From a virus: DNA of 64,000 nt. Each line of letters begins with the position of its first letter. The stretch's first letter is position 1. This document shows, one piece after another, positions 1 to 9,031 of the stretch. The stretch is from IMG/VR virus record IMGVR_UViG_3300042469_000981. One strand, given 5' to 3'. The position numbers were made by a program, and so were the translations under genes. A model generated the notes under the pieces. It searched no databases, was not told the DNA's origin, and saw nothing but the letters and a program-made list of their open reading frames with translations.

Positions 1-149
1 CTAAAAGCATAATCATCAATTTGAGGGATATCTAATAAAGAAGTTGTTTTACCTATTTTCTTTTCAGTTGGAACATTTTTTCCAAACTTATGAAAGTATT
101 CTCCAATGTAGATATATCCTTGTCCGGGTTGTAATTGAAACTCACTCAT
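1..149 (-). CDS. GIY-YIG/T5orf172-like protein, N-terminal part (runs off window)
   Basis: Manual translation MSEFQLQPGQGYIYIGEYF...KKIGKTT; its ATG overlaps the endolysin stop (TAATG). Confidence 0.5.
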   Translation of the reverse strand, partial: MSEFQLQPGQGYIYIGEYFHKFGKNVPTEKKIGKTTSLLDIPQIDDYAF

Positions 150-979
150 TATTTTAATAAATTATAATACTCGTTAAAATGTTTAATACGATCAGGTAAA
201 CCAATTGTTCCACCATTTACTCTTTTAGTAACAGCAGTTACAGTTCCTTGATCAGCACCTTTATCACAGATACTCCAAAGTCCATTTTTATTAAAGAACC
301 AAGCAGCAGACATTAAAGGATATTTAGTAGCAACTAAATCAGGATTAACTAAAATTTCCTCAGGAACAAATTTATCAAAAGCAGAATAGTTATCTTTACC
401 AGTCAATTGGATATAACCACGACCTCTAAATTTAAATCCTTCTTTTGTAGCTTCAGCTCCATTACCCATTCTACCTCCATAAACACGAGAAGCAATAGCT
501 TCAGGCTTACGAGCGTATTGTTCTGCCAAAGCTAAAGTAGGGAAATATTTTTTAAATATACCCATTAAACCTTTAGAAGAGTAATTCAAGTTTTCTTGAG
601 TAGCTTTCCAACCTCCTGATTCATGACCACACTGGGCTAAGAAATGAGCTAATCTTAAAGGATTAGTAATACCAAATTTAGCAGCAGTATCAGGAATCTG
701 AACTAATACAGAATCTGGAATATGTCCTTTTAATTTATCTAATTTAAAGCCAGAAGCGGGAACTACTACCGCCGGAGCAACAGGTGCCACAGGAGTAGAA
801 CCCATAATTTTATTCCAAGTAGAATCTCCTACTATACCATCTGCTACTAATCCATTAGCAGCTTGATACTTTTTAACAGCTTCTTCAGTCTTAGGACCAA
901 AGTTACCTACAGGATCAACTCCTAATTTAACTTGGAGTTGTTTTACCTGTTCATTATTATCACCTTTTTTTAGTAACAT
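149..979 (-). CDS. Endolysin: N-terminal peptidoglycan-binding domain plus GH19 (chitinase class I/lysozyme-like) domain
   Basis: PG_binding_1-like GxFGPKTEEAVKKYQAANGLVADGIVG; GH19 motifs LAHFLAQCGHESGG, ENLNYS, FRGRGYIQLTGKDNY, VTKRVNGGTIGLPDR. Confidence 0.92.
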   Translation of the reverse strand: MLLKKGDNNEQVKQLQVKLGVDPVGNFGPKTEEAVKKYQAANGLVADGIVGDSTWNKIMGSTPVAPVAPAVVVPASGFKLDKLKGHIPDSVLVQIPDTAAKFGITNPLRLAHFLAQCGHESGGWKATQENLNYSSKGLMGIFKKYFPTLALAEQYARKPEAIASRVYGGRMGNGAEATKEGFKFRGRGYIQLTGKDNYSAFDKFVPEEILVNPDLVATKYPLMSAAWFFNKNGLWSICDKGADQGTVTAVTKRVNGGTIGLPDRIKHFNEYYNLLK

Positions 980-981
980 AG

Positions 982-1395
982 TTATTTATCTTTATGTTTA
1001 TCGATTTTTTCTAAAATTTTATTTAATATAGAATGTTTAATAAAGCCAGCATTTGAAGCATTTTTTAAAGCACTAACTATTTGGAATATTACAAACGGCA
1101 TTATAATAGTTTCTGAGAGCCAAGATGTACCTGGAAATCCAATTTCTACCATTAATATTACTGTTAGTATAACTAACCAAGTAAATGTGGTTTTTAATAC
1201 TTTAACTGCTTTATAAGTTTTAAATCCTTCTTTCTTAGTACCAGCAACTATACCGAAAAACCCATCCATAAAAGCAACAGCCACTATAGCTAAATACTGC
1301 TCACTATTATCTATAGCTAATCCTCCGAAGTAACTACAAACAAAAGCAAAGGTTGTGGTTAATGATAATAATAATACTAGTAATGTAGATTTCAT
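982..1395 (-). CDS. Putative holin (3 TM)
   Basis: Three hydrophobic segments, basic C-terminus, directly upstream of the endolysin. Confidence 0.6.
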   Translation of the reverse strand: MKSTLLVLLLSLTTTFAFVCSYFGGLAIDNSEQYLAIVAVAFMDGFFGIVAGTKKEGFKTYKAVKVLKTTFTWLVILTVILMVEIGFPGTSWLSETIIMPFVIFQIVSALKNASNAGFIKHSILNKILEKIDKHKDK

Positions 1396-1658
1396 TATCC
1401 TTCTATATCTTTATCTTCTTCGTGTTTATCTTTTTTATTCAAAAATTTATCCACAGAGGCAATACCAAATGAACCTAAAATGATTACCATAAATCCATCA
1501 AAAATAAATTCATTAATTACTAAAGCAGTACCCATGTAACCTGTTACTAGGTCTACAATAAGGGCAATACAAAGCATAAAGAAAGCAATAAAGCCTACTA
1601 ATGCTTTTTCATTAATTGAGTTGTTGTCGTCGAACAGTTGTTTAAAGAAATTTTTCAT
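1395..1658 (-). CDS. Small 2-TM membrane protein (possible holin/antiholin)
   Basis: Two TM helices, charged tail, coupled to the holin candidate. Confidence 0.5.
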   Translation of the reverse strand: MKNFFKQLFDDNNSINEKALVGFIAFFMLCIALIVDLVTGYMGTALVINEFIFDGFMVIILGSFGIASVDKFLNKKDKHEEDKDIEG

Positions 1659-1659
1659 A

Positions 1660-2106
1660 TTATAGTTGTTTTGTTGTTTTTGTTAAACTTTCTTGTAACG
1701 CTTTCGAGAACGCCTTTCGGTTTAACGGAACTTCATTATTTTCAACATTTAAAAATGCAGCGAAAATAAATGTTTTTCTAACACCAACTGATTTATGACA
1801 ACCTGTACCTATGCATATTGTAGTTTCAACAATATAATCTTTTTTTAACCATTGTAAACCCATTATGTTTACAATTTGTTGAGGGGAATAAATACTATCT
1901 ATACTTACTTGAACAGACATACCTAATGAATCATCAGGGATATATCCTTTTTCAATTAGTAATTCTTCAATTGTTTCTTTAACTCCAAAAGTAACATCTC
2001 TACCTCCAATAGTTTGGATGTGTTGGACATTAGTTACATTAACATTTACTTTAGTAGTGTCAATAGGTGATAAAAGTAATAATATAGGAGTTAATAAATT
2101 TAACAT
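1660..2106 (-). CDS. Exported protein, possibly CsgG/TolB-N-like fold
   Basis: Hydrophobic N-terminus. The C-terminal helix LNRKAFSKALQESLTKT resembles the end of the neighbouring CsgG-like protein. Confidence 0.4.
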   Translation of the reverse strand: MLNLLTPILLLLSPIDTTKVNVNVTNVQHIQTIGGRDVTFGVKETIEELLIEKGYIPDDSLGMSVQVSIDSIYSPQQIVNIMGLQWLKKDYIVETTICIGTGCHKSVGVRKTFIFAAFLNVENNEVPLNRKAFSKALQESLTKTTKQL

Positions 2107-2118
2107 CTTTTATAAATA

Positions 2119-3102
2119 TTAATAAGATACAGAACCCGCATACCCAGGAGCAATAATATAAAGATTTAATGTTCCTCCTGATGTTAAAGTTCCTGTAGTG
2201 AGAGTACTTACTCCTGGGTAAGTGGCTCTAACATTTGTTTTGGCTGCTACTATTAAATTGTATTGGGCTGTAGTAAAGATTCTAACATCTGGAGCTGTTC
2301 TCCACCTAGAAAAAATACCTGCTTTCCTAGCAGCTATATAGTACTTATCAGCTATTGAAATAGATCCATCATCATTAACATCAAACCTGTGGAAGGATAA
2401 ACCATTTCTTGTTGTTTTTCCTAAAATAATATTTGAAACAGCTTGAATATCTGAAGTAGTGTAGGATTGGACTCTAGTAGGAGCATCTATCTCTATGTAG
2501 TATTCCTTAGAAGGATCATAAGTCTCAGAGATAGAATAGTATCCTGAAGAGTTAGTATAGATTGTTTTATAAAGTGTCCAAGAAGAAGTTGTAACTATGT
2601 AATCAAATTCTAGTACATATGCTAAACTACTACTATTATTTAGGTCATTCCATCTTCCACCACTTACAAATTGAATATAATCTTCATTACCTGAGTTATT
2701 AGGTTCTCCTGAGTTCCAGTTAGTGTAAGAAAAAGTTTCTCCTGTTACCCATTTCCAAGTTCCTTCTGTTACTTCATCTGTAAGTCCTATCCAACCAGAA
2801 GGCCATAGGTTAAATAGAAAACTGTTTTCTCCTGAGCTAGTTACTGTTGCTAGATACCCACCCATTGCTGCGCAGTTAGCTTTAGCAGTAGTCCAGTTAG
2901 CAATACCTGTAGAACGATAATAAGAGTGTCCGTTATAGTTATTCTGAGAAGTAAATCCTGATATAGTAGAGTTAGTTCTTCTATAAAGTTTTACAGCTAC
3001 ATTATTTGCTCCGGATCCATTTGCGTTATAAAGATATCCCGAGTAGGTAAATTGGCCTAATAAATCATTTGTAAATAATAAAAATACAATTAACCACCTC
3101 AT
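2119..3102 (-). CDS. Secreted C-type lectin domain protein with split Ig/SdrD-B-like domain and C-terminal dockerin-like module
   Basis: Signal peptide; CTL motifs WIGLTD, W.W..G, YTNWNSGEPNN, WND; Ca-loop FDVNDDGSISIAD. Confidence 0.8.
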   Translation of the reverse strand: MRWLIVFLLFTNDLLGQFTYSGYLYNANGSGANNVAVKLYRRTNSTISGFTSQNNYNGHSYYRSTGIANWTTAKANCAAMGGYLATVTSSGENSFLFNLWPSGWIGLTDEVTEGTWKWVTGETFSYTNWNSGEPNNSGNEDYIQFVSGGRWNDLNNSSSLAYVLEFDYIVTTSSWTLYKTIYTNSSGYYSISETYDPSKEYYIEIDAPTRVQSYTTSDIQAVSNIILGKTTRNGLSFHRFDVNDDGSISIADKYYIAARKAGIFSRWRTAPDVRIFTTAQYNLIVAAKTNVRATYPGVSTLTTGTLTSGGTLNLYIIAPGYAGSVSY

Positions 3103-4520
3103 ATTTTTAGTTTAGCACCCATTAATATTTGAAAATTAAGAATGTCTTGACCTGCTATGTATGTACCACCACCTGTTAATCCAACTCCAAACGTTTTAGT
3201 TAGTTTATAATTAAGGTTTAAAAAAGGTATGATAATTGGTTTAGCCTCAAAAATAGATTCAGTATAGAACTTAGAATACGGGGAATAAATACCAGCCATA
3301 ATGATTGTAGCATCCACTGCTTTACCAATTTTCCCTTTATACATAAAACCACCTATAACTATAGTTGATATTAACTCTTCACCAAACAATTGTCCATAAG
3401 TACCAGACACACCATATAAAGCAGTAAATGATTTGATTGAGTTAACTCGTATCAATAAGGCATTTGCTGTAGTAGATTTAGGTAATATTCCTAAACCCGC
3501 TGAAGCTACATTAATATGTTTATGACCTGCTTTATTAGTTCCAATCCAAGAACGTATTGCTGATAAATTACCAATTTTAGCATTAACCATATAATCAGCT
3601 GAAAAACCTATTGAGGCTGTTCCATCTCCTTTTACTCTAGTAAAAGACATAGTACCTCTAGCATCTTGAGAACCATCAGCTCTAGTTTGAACCCCAACAA
3701 TATCCCCAGTAACTAAGATCGCTGGTTTTTGAGTTTCAGCTTTTGCTTTACCCGCAGCCTTAGCAGTACCTGCTGATTGGGATTTTTGAGTTTCAGTTTT
3801 AGTATCTTCTACTTGTTGGTCTGTTGGTTTTTCTTCCTTTGGTGTCTCTCCATTACTGTTATTCCCACTCCCACTACCAGAAGAATTCCCAGAAGAACCA
3901 TTGCTATTATTGGAACTATTGCCTCCATTGCCTACTGTTCCTCCTCCTGATCCATTAGACCCGCCTTGATTTTCTGGTGGATTTCCTCCTTCTTGGCCTG
4001 TTCCTGTACTTGGATTCGATCCATCACTAGAATTGGAACTACTATTATTAGAATTACTGTTAGAATTGTTATCATCTTTCTTTTTATTTGTTGTTATACT
4101 TCCTGAACCTGTTGATGTTGTTCCTCCTACATTATTTCCTACACCTCCTGATAATCCTCCTGCTACTGATGATAGGTCTATACTTAAAATATTAGTGACA
4201 TTACCTATTATGTTTGAAACTTGGTTGGTTGAAGTTGTGGTTGTTGTAGTAGTAAGAACGCCTTGACAAGGTGAGGTTGATTGATATTTAATATAAATAC
4301 TATTAATCCAAGCATCGAATGTACCGTCACTTAATTCCCCGTATGTAAACGTTTTTACTTGTCCATAGTATGAGATAACTATGGGAGCGCTCATATCGGC
4401 GTTAATGAATTTACTTTGTTTAGTACACGGATCTATATAACTATAAGTAAAGGATTGCCCGCAGAGGGGCAATCCAATAATCATCAATATTATTAATATT
4501 TTAGTTCGTAAAGATACCAT
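3099..4520 (-). CDS. Exported protein with N/S/G-rich linker and beta-strand-rich C-terminal domain (possible outer-membrane barrel)
   Basis: Signal-like N-terminus, low-complexity linker, alternating hydrophobic strands ending LMGAKLKI. Confidence 0.5.
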   Translation of the reverse strand: MVSLRTKILIILMIIGLPLCGQSFTYSYIDPCTKQSKFINADMSAPIVISYYGQVKTFTYGELSDGTFDAWINSIYIKYQSTSPCQGVLTTTTTTTSTNQVSNIIGNVTNILSIDLSSVAGGLSGGVGNNVGGTTSTGSGSITTNKKKDDNNSNSNSNNSSSNSSDGSNPSTGTGQEGGNPPENQGGSNGSGGGTVGNGGNSSNNSNGSSGNSSGSGSGNNSNGETPKEEKPTDQQVEDTKTETQKSQSAGTAKAAGKAKAETQKPAILVTGDIVGVQTRADGSQDARGTMSFTRVKGDGTASIGFSADYMVNAKIGNLSAIRSWIGTNKAGHKHINVASAGLGILPKSTTANALLIRVNSIKSFTALYGVSGTYGQLFGEELISTIVIGGFMYKGKIGKAVDATIIMAGIYSPYSKFYTESIFEAKPIIIPFLNLNYKLTKTFGVGLTGGGTYIAGQDILNFQILMGAKLKI

Positions 4521-5187
4521 TCTTGATTAAGTTTTCAATTACTTTAGTGGTAGCAGTCTCTAAAGACTTTCTTGTTGCTTTACCTACAGTACTTTGAGAA
4601 AACTTCATATCAAGATTCTTTAAAAAAGATTCACCTACTTTTTGTGACTCACCTTCACCTGAACCGATATATATTTGACCTGTTTTAGCATCTACAAATC
4701 TTACTTGTAAACGAATAAAGGTAGTTACAACTACAGTTGATTTGCCTTTCATTACAGTTTCATCTTCATCTACAGCAAAATCAGCTACAGTCACATATAC
4801 AAAGTATTGGGCTGCTTTAATCTTACCCTTACCATCAATTGGTTCTTCAAAAACACCTTTTTTAGATGCTTTGAACTGAGTTACCATCCTTTCCTTGATT
4901 TCACTCTTCTCTTCAGTAAACACAAAACGATTTGTTTCATCTAAATAATCTAATACGGATTCAGCGAATCCAAGTCCAACATTTTTTTCTTGTAAATCAG
5001 GATATAAAGCTAAAACTTTAGTCATATCAACATTAATCACTTGCACTGTTTTCTTGATAGAATCAGTATAGTTAGAAACAGTTGAAATGTCCTTAGTTTC
5101 AATAACATCTTTTTCAGTGGTGGTTTTCATAGAACCACAACCTACTAATAAGACAGTTAAAAAAATATTACCAAGGATCTTCTTCAT
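4501..5187 (-). CDS. CsgG-like (curli assembly/transport family) lipoprotein
   Basis: Start re-called at MKKILG (5187); lipobox LVGC; motifs NRFVFTEE, AQYFVYVTV.DF, LQVRFVDAKTGQIYIGSGEG. Confidence 0.7.
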   Translation of the reverse strand: MKKILGNIFLTVLLVGCGSMKTTTEKDVIETKDISTVSNYTDSIKKTVQVINVDMTKVLALYPDLQEKNVGLGFAESVLDYLDETNRFVFTEEKSEIKERMVTQFKASKKGVFEEPIDGKGKIKAAQYFVYVTVADFAVDEDETVMKGKSTVVVTTFIRLQVRFVDAKTGQIYIGSGEGESQKVGESFLKNLDMKFSQSTVGKATRKSLETATTKVIENLIKNGIFTN

Positions 5188-5491
5188 CTTTAGCAGGTTT
5201 AGTGGCAGGAGCAGCAACTGGTTTTTCAACTACACGTTCTTTAATAATTGTGTTAGTTCCACCACCTTGTTTAACTTGTTGCTTGTTTTCTTGGTTTTGC
5301 TGAACATTAATAACAACAGGAGCAGCAGAAGCAGGAGCTGCTTGTTCTGTCTTAGCTTCTTCTTTAGGCTCGTCTCCACCGCCTAAGTGGGTTGCAAACC
5401 AGGCACCGCCGGCTGTAACAGCAGTAGTAACAGCACCAATAATTGCTTTTTTGGTAGCTGACATTACGCTTTCTTCTTTTTCTTCTGACAT
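5168..5491 (-). CDS. Single-TM protein with Q/P/A-rich C-terminal part
   Basis: TM AIIGAVTTAVTAGGAWFA; overlaps the csgG-like gene. Confidence 0.55.
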   Translation of the reverse strand: MSEEKEESVMSATKKAIIGAVTTAVTAGGAWFATHLGGGDEPKEEAKTEQAAPASAAPVVINVQQNQENKQQVKQGGGTNTIIKERVVEKPVAAPATKPAKDEEDPW

Positions 5492-5492
5492 A

Positions 5493-7382
5493 TTATTTAT
5501 TTATAATTATTTTGGAGGTTGAGATTTGTGTATCTGTTTTAACTGATACTAAATAAAATCCGTTAGTTAATGGGGTTAAGTTAACAACATACTTGTATTC
5601 ACCTGAAGGCATTTTGGTATTAACAACTTCCATAACTTGTCTTCCTACCATATCTGTAACAGAAACTTCAGTTTCTGATTCTTGTTCAACACGGAATTGA
5701 ATCATTACCTCACCTTCTGTAGGGTTAGGAAATATAAGAATATCATCAAGTTGAGATAATTTAACAGGTTTATTAATTCTACGGACCTCAATCACTCCCA
5801 TAGCAGGAGTGATATTCATATCACGAGAATCATTACCACCAACAAACTTAGGACCAGTCCATAAAGCAGCAGTTCCCCATTCTGATTGAGGTTTTTTAGC
5901 AATAAATTGTATCACAAATACTTGTTCTCCATCATTAACTAAATTTTTATTAGTCAAATCAGCTGCGCCAAAAGCAACTACTCCATTAGAAGGATTAGTA
6001 TAAGAAGTCCAATTCATCATTTTTTCAGACAAATCTATTTTCTTGAACTCTAATAAAGCAGTATCGTACTTTAACTCTAATTGTAAAGCACCTAATTGTT
6101 TTCCGTTAGTGAGCATTTTAACAGGAACATTAACTAAGTTACCTTCATCAACTTTAACTTTAGGCATATTAACCTCTATAGTTTCTATAACGTCGTCATA
6201 TTGAACGGTGTTGTCAATGATGTAGTTCTTAGCATTAGTTGGGTTAACAATTTTAATAGGCGTTAAACGAGCCATTTTAAATCCTGTATTGTTAGCATCT
6301 CCTTTAACAGCTACATAGTAAGTGATAGAATCACGACCATCAATAGTGTAGTTGAAGTTGTTAATAGTAGAGTAAGTAGAAGTTAAGTTAGTAGCTGATC
6401 CATTAATTGAATTGTACTCGGCAACTGTAAAGAACATTACATCCTTTTTGCCGTTAGGCCAAGCCGAGAATCTACCTGCTAATCTTCCATATACTGAATA
6501 AACATCGGCAATGCTAATTGAACCGTCAGTTCCGTTTACATCCATTGTGTAGTAATCAAATCCTGAAGGAGTGTGTTGAGCTAAGATTGATTGATTAATT
6601 TTCTGTGCATCAGCAGTTGAGATAATACTACCAGGAGTCATTGTATCTCCTTTAACTACCATTCTAACATCCCAATAAGTAGTATCTAAGAATTTTCTAA
6701 ATACTACAACACCACTAGAGTTAGTTGATTTAGCTTCTACTTGAGTCCAAGATCCTGAAGGAGCTTTCTTTTCTAAAGATACCCATAAGTTCTTAGCATC
6801 TGAACCAGTAACGTTTTTAAACTTAGCAGCAAATCGTAACACCTTTTGGTTGAAACGACCACCATAAGAATAAACTACTAATGTAGTATCATTACCCCAA
6901 TTAGTAGCTGCTTTGTTAGCAAATGATTTAACACCAGCAACTTTTAAAGTCTTAATAGAATCCAAAGTGTTCCATGTTGCACTACCAGCATGAGTAAAGG
7001 TAAGATCAAAAGTAGCACCATTTGAATAATTGAATGTAGAACTGGTTCCTGTGTAAACCAAAGTAACAGTCAAAAATCCTTGGGTGTTACTATCTACATA
7101 CTGAAGGTATTGATCAGTAGCAGAGATCTTTAGTGAAGGAACAGCTGCAGTAAAAGCAGTGTTATCATAAAATACCCTGTACTGCATACCTGTAATCTTT
7201 TCAGATGTAGAAGTATTGTAGAAGTGTAAAGGGGCAACAGTCTGTCCAACAGTAGTAGTTGCTACTTGGTAACCAGAATCAATTACCACCCAGTGCCCTG
7301 TTCCAGGTGATGTAGAAGCTGATTGTGCTGATACTCCGAAAACGGCTAAGGCCGTTAATAAGAATAGGATTAGTTTTTTCAT
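5493..7382 (-). CDS. T9SS type A sorting-domain protein with cohesin-like, Ig-like and dockerin-like modules
   Basis: Signal peptide; cohesin-like VNVPVKMLTNGKQLGALQLELKYDTALLEF; dockerin-like ISTADAQ...MDVNGTDGSISIADVY; T9SS CTD IFPNPT...DMVGRQV...LTNGFYLVSV...SKIIINK. Confidence 0.85.
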   Translation of the reverse strand: MKKLILFLLTALAVFGVSAQSASTSPGTGHWVVIDSGYQVATTTVGQTVAPLHFYNTSTSEKITGMQYRVFYDNTAFTAAVPSLKISATDQYLQYVDSNTQGFLTVTLVYTGTSSTFNYSNGATFDLTFTHAGSATWNTLDSIKTLKVAGVKSFANKAATNWGNDTTLVVYSYGGRFNQKVLRFAAKFKNVTGSDAKNLWVSLEKKAPSGSWTQVEAKSTNSSGVVVFRKFLDTTYWDVRMVVKGDTMTPGSIISTADAQKINQSILAQHTPSGFDYYTMDVNGTDGSISIADVYSVYGRLAGRFSAWPNGKKDVMFFTVAEYNSINGSATNLTSTYSTINNFNYTIDGRDSITYYVAVKGDANNTGFKMARLTPIKIVNPTNAKNYIIDNTVQYDDVIETIEVNMPKVKVDEGNLVNVPVKMLTNGKQLGALQLELKYDTALLEFKKIDLSEKMMNWTSYTNPSNGVVAFGAADLTNKNLVNDGEQVFVIQFIAKKPQSEWGTAALWTGPKFVGGNDSRDMNITPAMGVIEVRRINKPVKLSQLDDILIFPNPTEGEVMIQFRVEQESETEVSVTDMVGRQVMEVVNTKMPSGEYKYVVNLTPLTNGFYLVSVKTDTQISTSKIIINK

Positions 7383-7837
7383 TTTTGTATATTAGTTAAT
7401 TGAGTTATTGCATGCTGTTTTAACCAAGGTTCAGGATTAGGTAGCTTGTCAATGAAGTCAAGCTCATATCTGTAACACCACACTTCCTCTTGTTCAGGAA
7501 TTATGATGTACCCTTTTTGTAAAACATGCAAATGTAAACTCTCATGAACCAACACTACTGCTAGGTTATTAATTGAGTTTAGTTTTACATCTTTAACAGC
7601 AACTAATATTATTCCTTTTTCACCATATTTTCCTTCATTTGAAGAAAAACCAGAAGACCAAAATTCTACTTTACCACAAACACTATCTAGTAACTGATAT
7701 TTTTTAATATCTGTTTTTTTAATTAATTGTAATGCTGAATCGATTTTTGAATCCCATCCATCACCAGCTTTATCAATTATAATTTGAGAGAATAAAAGAC
7801 TAGGTAATGTTAACAGAATCAATAGTAATGATTTCAC
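7379..7837 (-). CDS. Exported putative zinc metallopeptidase (HExxH)
   Basis: Signal peptide; LVHESLHL followed by EEVWCY. Confidence 0.55.
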   Translation of the reverse strand: MKSLLLILLTLPSLLFSQIIIDKAGDGWDSKIDSALQLIKKTDIKKYQLLDSVCGKVEFWSSGFSSNEGKYGEKGIILVAVKDVKLNSINNLAVVLVHESLHLHVLQKGYIIIPEQEEVWCYRYELDFIDKLPNPEPWLKQHAITQLTNIQK

Positions 7838-7871
7838 ATTGATAAATATGAAATCTTTTTAAAAATTTTAG

Positions 7872-7945
7872 TGGACCCTGTAGGGCTTGAACCTACGACC
7901 CCCAGATTATGAGTCTGACGCTCTGACCAACTGAGCTAAGGGTCC
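7872..7945 (-). tRNA. tRNA with CAT anticodon, probably Ile2 (lysidine type)
   Basis: Cloverleaf GGACCCT/AGGGTCC, loop CT-CAT-AA, TTCAA T-loop, discriminator A; no encoded CCA. Confidence 0.9.
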
Positions 7946-7950
7946 AATAG

Positions 7951-8022
7951 TACTCGGTAGGGGAATCGAACCCCTCTTTCTAGGATGAAAACCTAGCATC
8001 CTAACCGATAGATGAACCGAGC
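7951..8022 (-). tRNA. tRNA-Glu(TTC)
   Basis: Anticodon arm CTAGG-TTTTCAT-CCTAG; T arm AGGGG-TTCGATT-CCCCT. Confidence 0.92.
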
Positions 8023-8060
8023 AAAAAAAAAGGGTTCAATGACGGGTTTAACTTAATGGA

Positions 8061-8360
8061 TTAAAAATAATCCTTTCCTAGAGACTTTCTTAAAAATTCA
8101 ACCTTACGGTTAGTCTCTTCTAATTCTCTTGATATATTATCATATAATTTATCAACACGAGAATCAATTTTGCCATTAATTTTATCTAACTCACGGTAGA
8201 TATTTCCGTTTTCTTCATCTTTAGAACGATAAATATCTTGTATTTCATGTTCTAAATGACTTAATTCATTGACTTTTTTATTTGACTTTAGTACTACATA
8301 AACTAACACAATAGTGCTAACCAACATAATACCCAAACCAAAAGCTAAAATAATTTCCAT
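8061..8360 (-). CDS. Membrane-anchored coiled-coil hypothetical protein
   Basis: N-terminal TM plus heptad-like region; sits inside the tRNA array. Confidence 0.6.
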   Translation of the reverse strand: MEIILAFGLGIMLVSTIVLVYVVLKSNKKVNELSHLEHEIQDIYRSKDEENGNIYRELDKINGKIDSRVDKLYDNISRELEETNRKVEFLRKSLGKDYF

Positions 8361-8400
8361 ATTTTTTCCTTTCTTTTTTTATGTCAAAGAACCCTTTTTG

Positions 8401-8471
8401 TTACCCCCCAGAGATTCGAACTCCAATTAACTGGACCAAAACCAGTTGTCCTGCCGTTAGACGAGAGGGTA
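8401..8471 (-). tRNA. tRNA-Gln(TTG)
   Basis: Anticodon arm ACTGG-TTTTGGT-CCAGT; GTTCGAATC T-loop. Confidence 0.9.
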
Positions 8472-8582
8472 ATTTTGCTAGGTCACCACCACCACCTAGC
8501 ATGAGGAGATTTAACGTGATTTCTTTCTTGCACGAGAAGAACAGGCCTCCTTTGTTCACGAACCCGAATTGGTATTAAGGTG

Positions 8583-8667
8583 CGGAAGATGTAGGATTCG
8601 AACCTACGGTACCTTGCAGTACAACAGTTTTCAAGACTGCCGCGATCGACCACTCTGCCAATCTTCC
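8583..8667 (-). tRNA. tRNA-Ser(TGA)
   Basis: GGAAGAT acceptor, GCAGT-CTTGAAA-ACTGT, long variable arm. Confidence 0.92.
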
Positions 8668-8874
8668 ATTTTGCAACTTTTAGATTACCCCCAGAGTTGC
8701 TAACTGTGCCAACACACGATTTGGAGAGGTTCATACTTTCGTAGAGGACTTACTCTATCTTCGTTCCCTTGTACTTCGGGCTAATATCTTTGTTCCTTAT
8801 TCTATTACCCTTTTATTTCGGAACTAACCTGCTTATCTTTAAATACGAGTTTTTCAAGGGTACAGGTTATTTTG

Positions 8875-8945
8875 TTGCGGACGACAGACTCGAACTGCCA
8901 ATTTAAGGTTATGAGCCTTATGTGTTACCATTACACTAATCCGCC
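8875..8945 (-). tRNA. tRNA-Met(CAT), initiator-like
   Basis: TAAGG-CTCATAA-CCTTA; G1:A72 mismatch. Confidence 0.85.
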
Positions 8946-8951
8946 ATTTTG

Positions 8952-9024
8952 AGCCACCTGACGGACTCGAACCGCCGACCATCTGATTACAAATCAGAAG
9001 CTCTACCAACTGAGCTAAGGGGGC
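8952..9024 (-). tRNA. tRNA-Thr(TGT)
   Basis: TCTGA-TTTGTAA-TCAGA; canonical D and T arms. Confidence 0.93.
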
Positions 9025-9031
9025 TTGAAGA

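Noticed and set aside
3840-4260. N/S/G/T-rich repeats as a DNA repeat element
   Set aside because: They are explained by a low-complexity protein linker.
8381-8734. ORFs 8381-8578 (+) and 8483-8734 (-)
   Set aside because: They overlap tRNA-Gln or tRNA-Ser cloverleaves.
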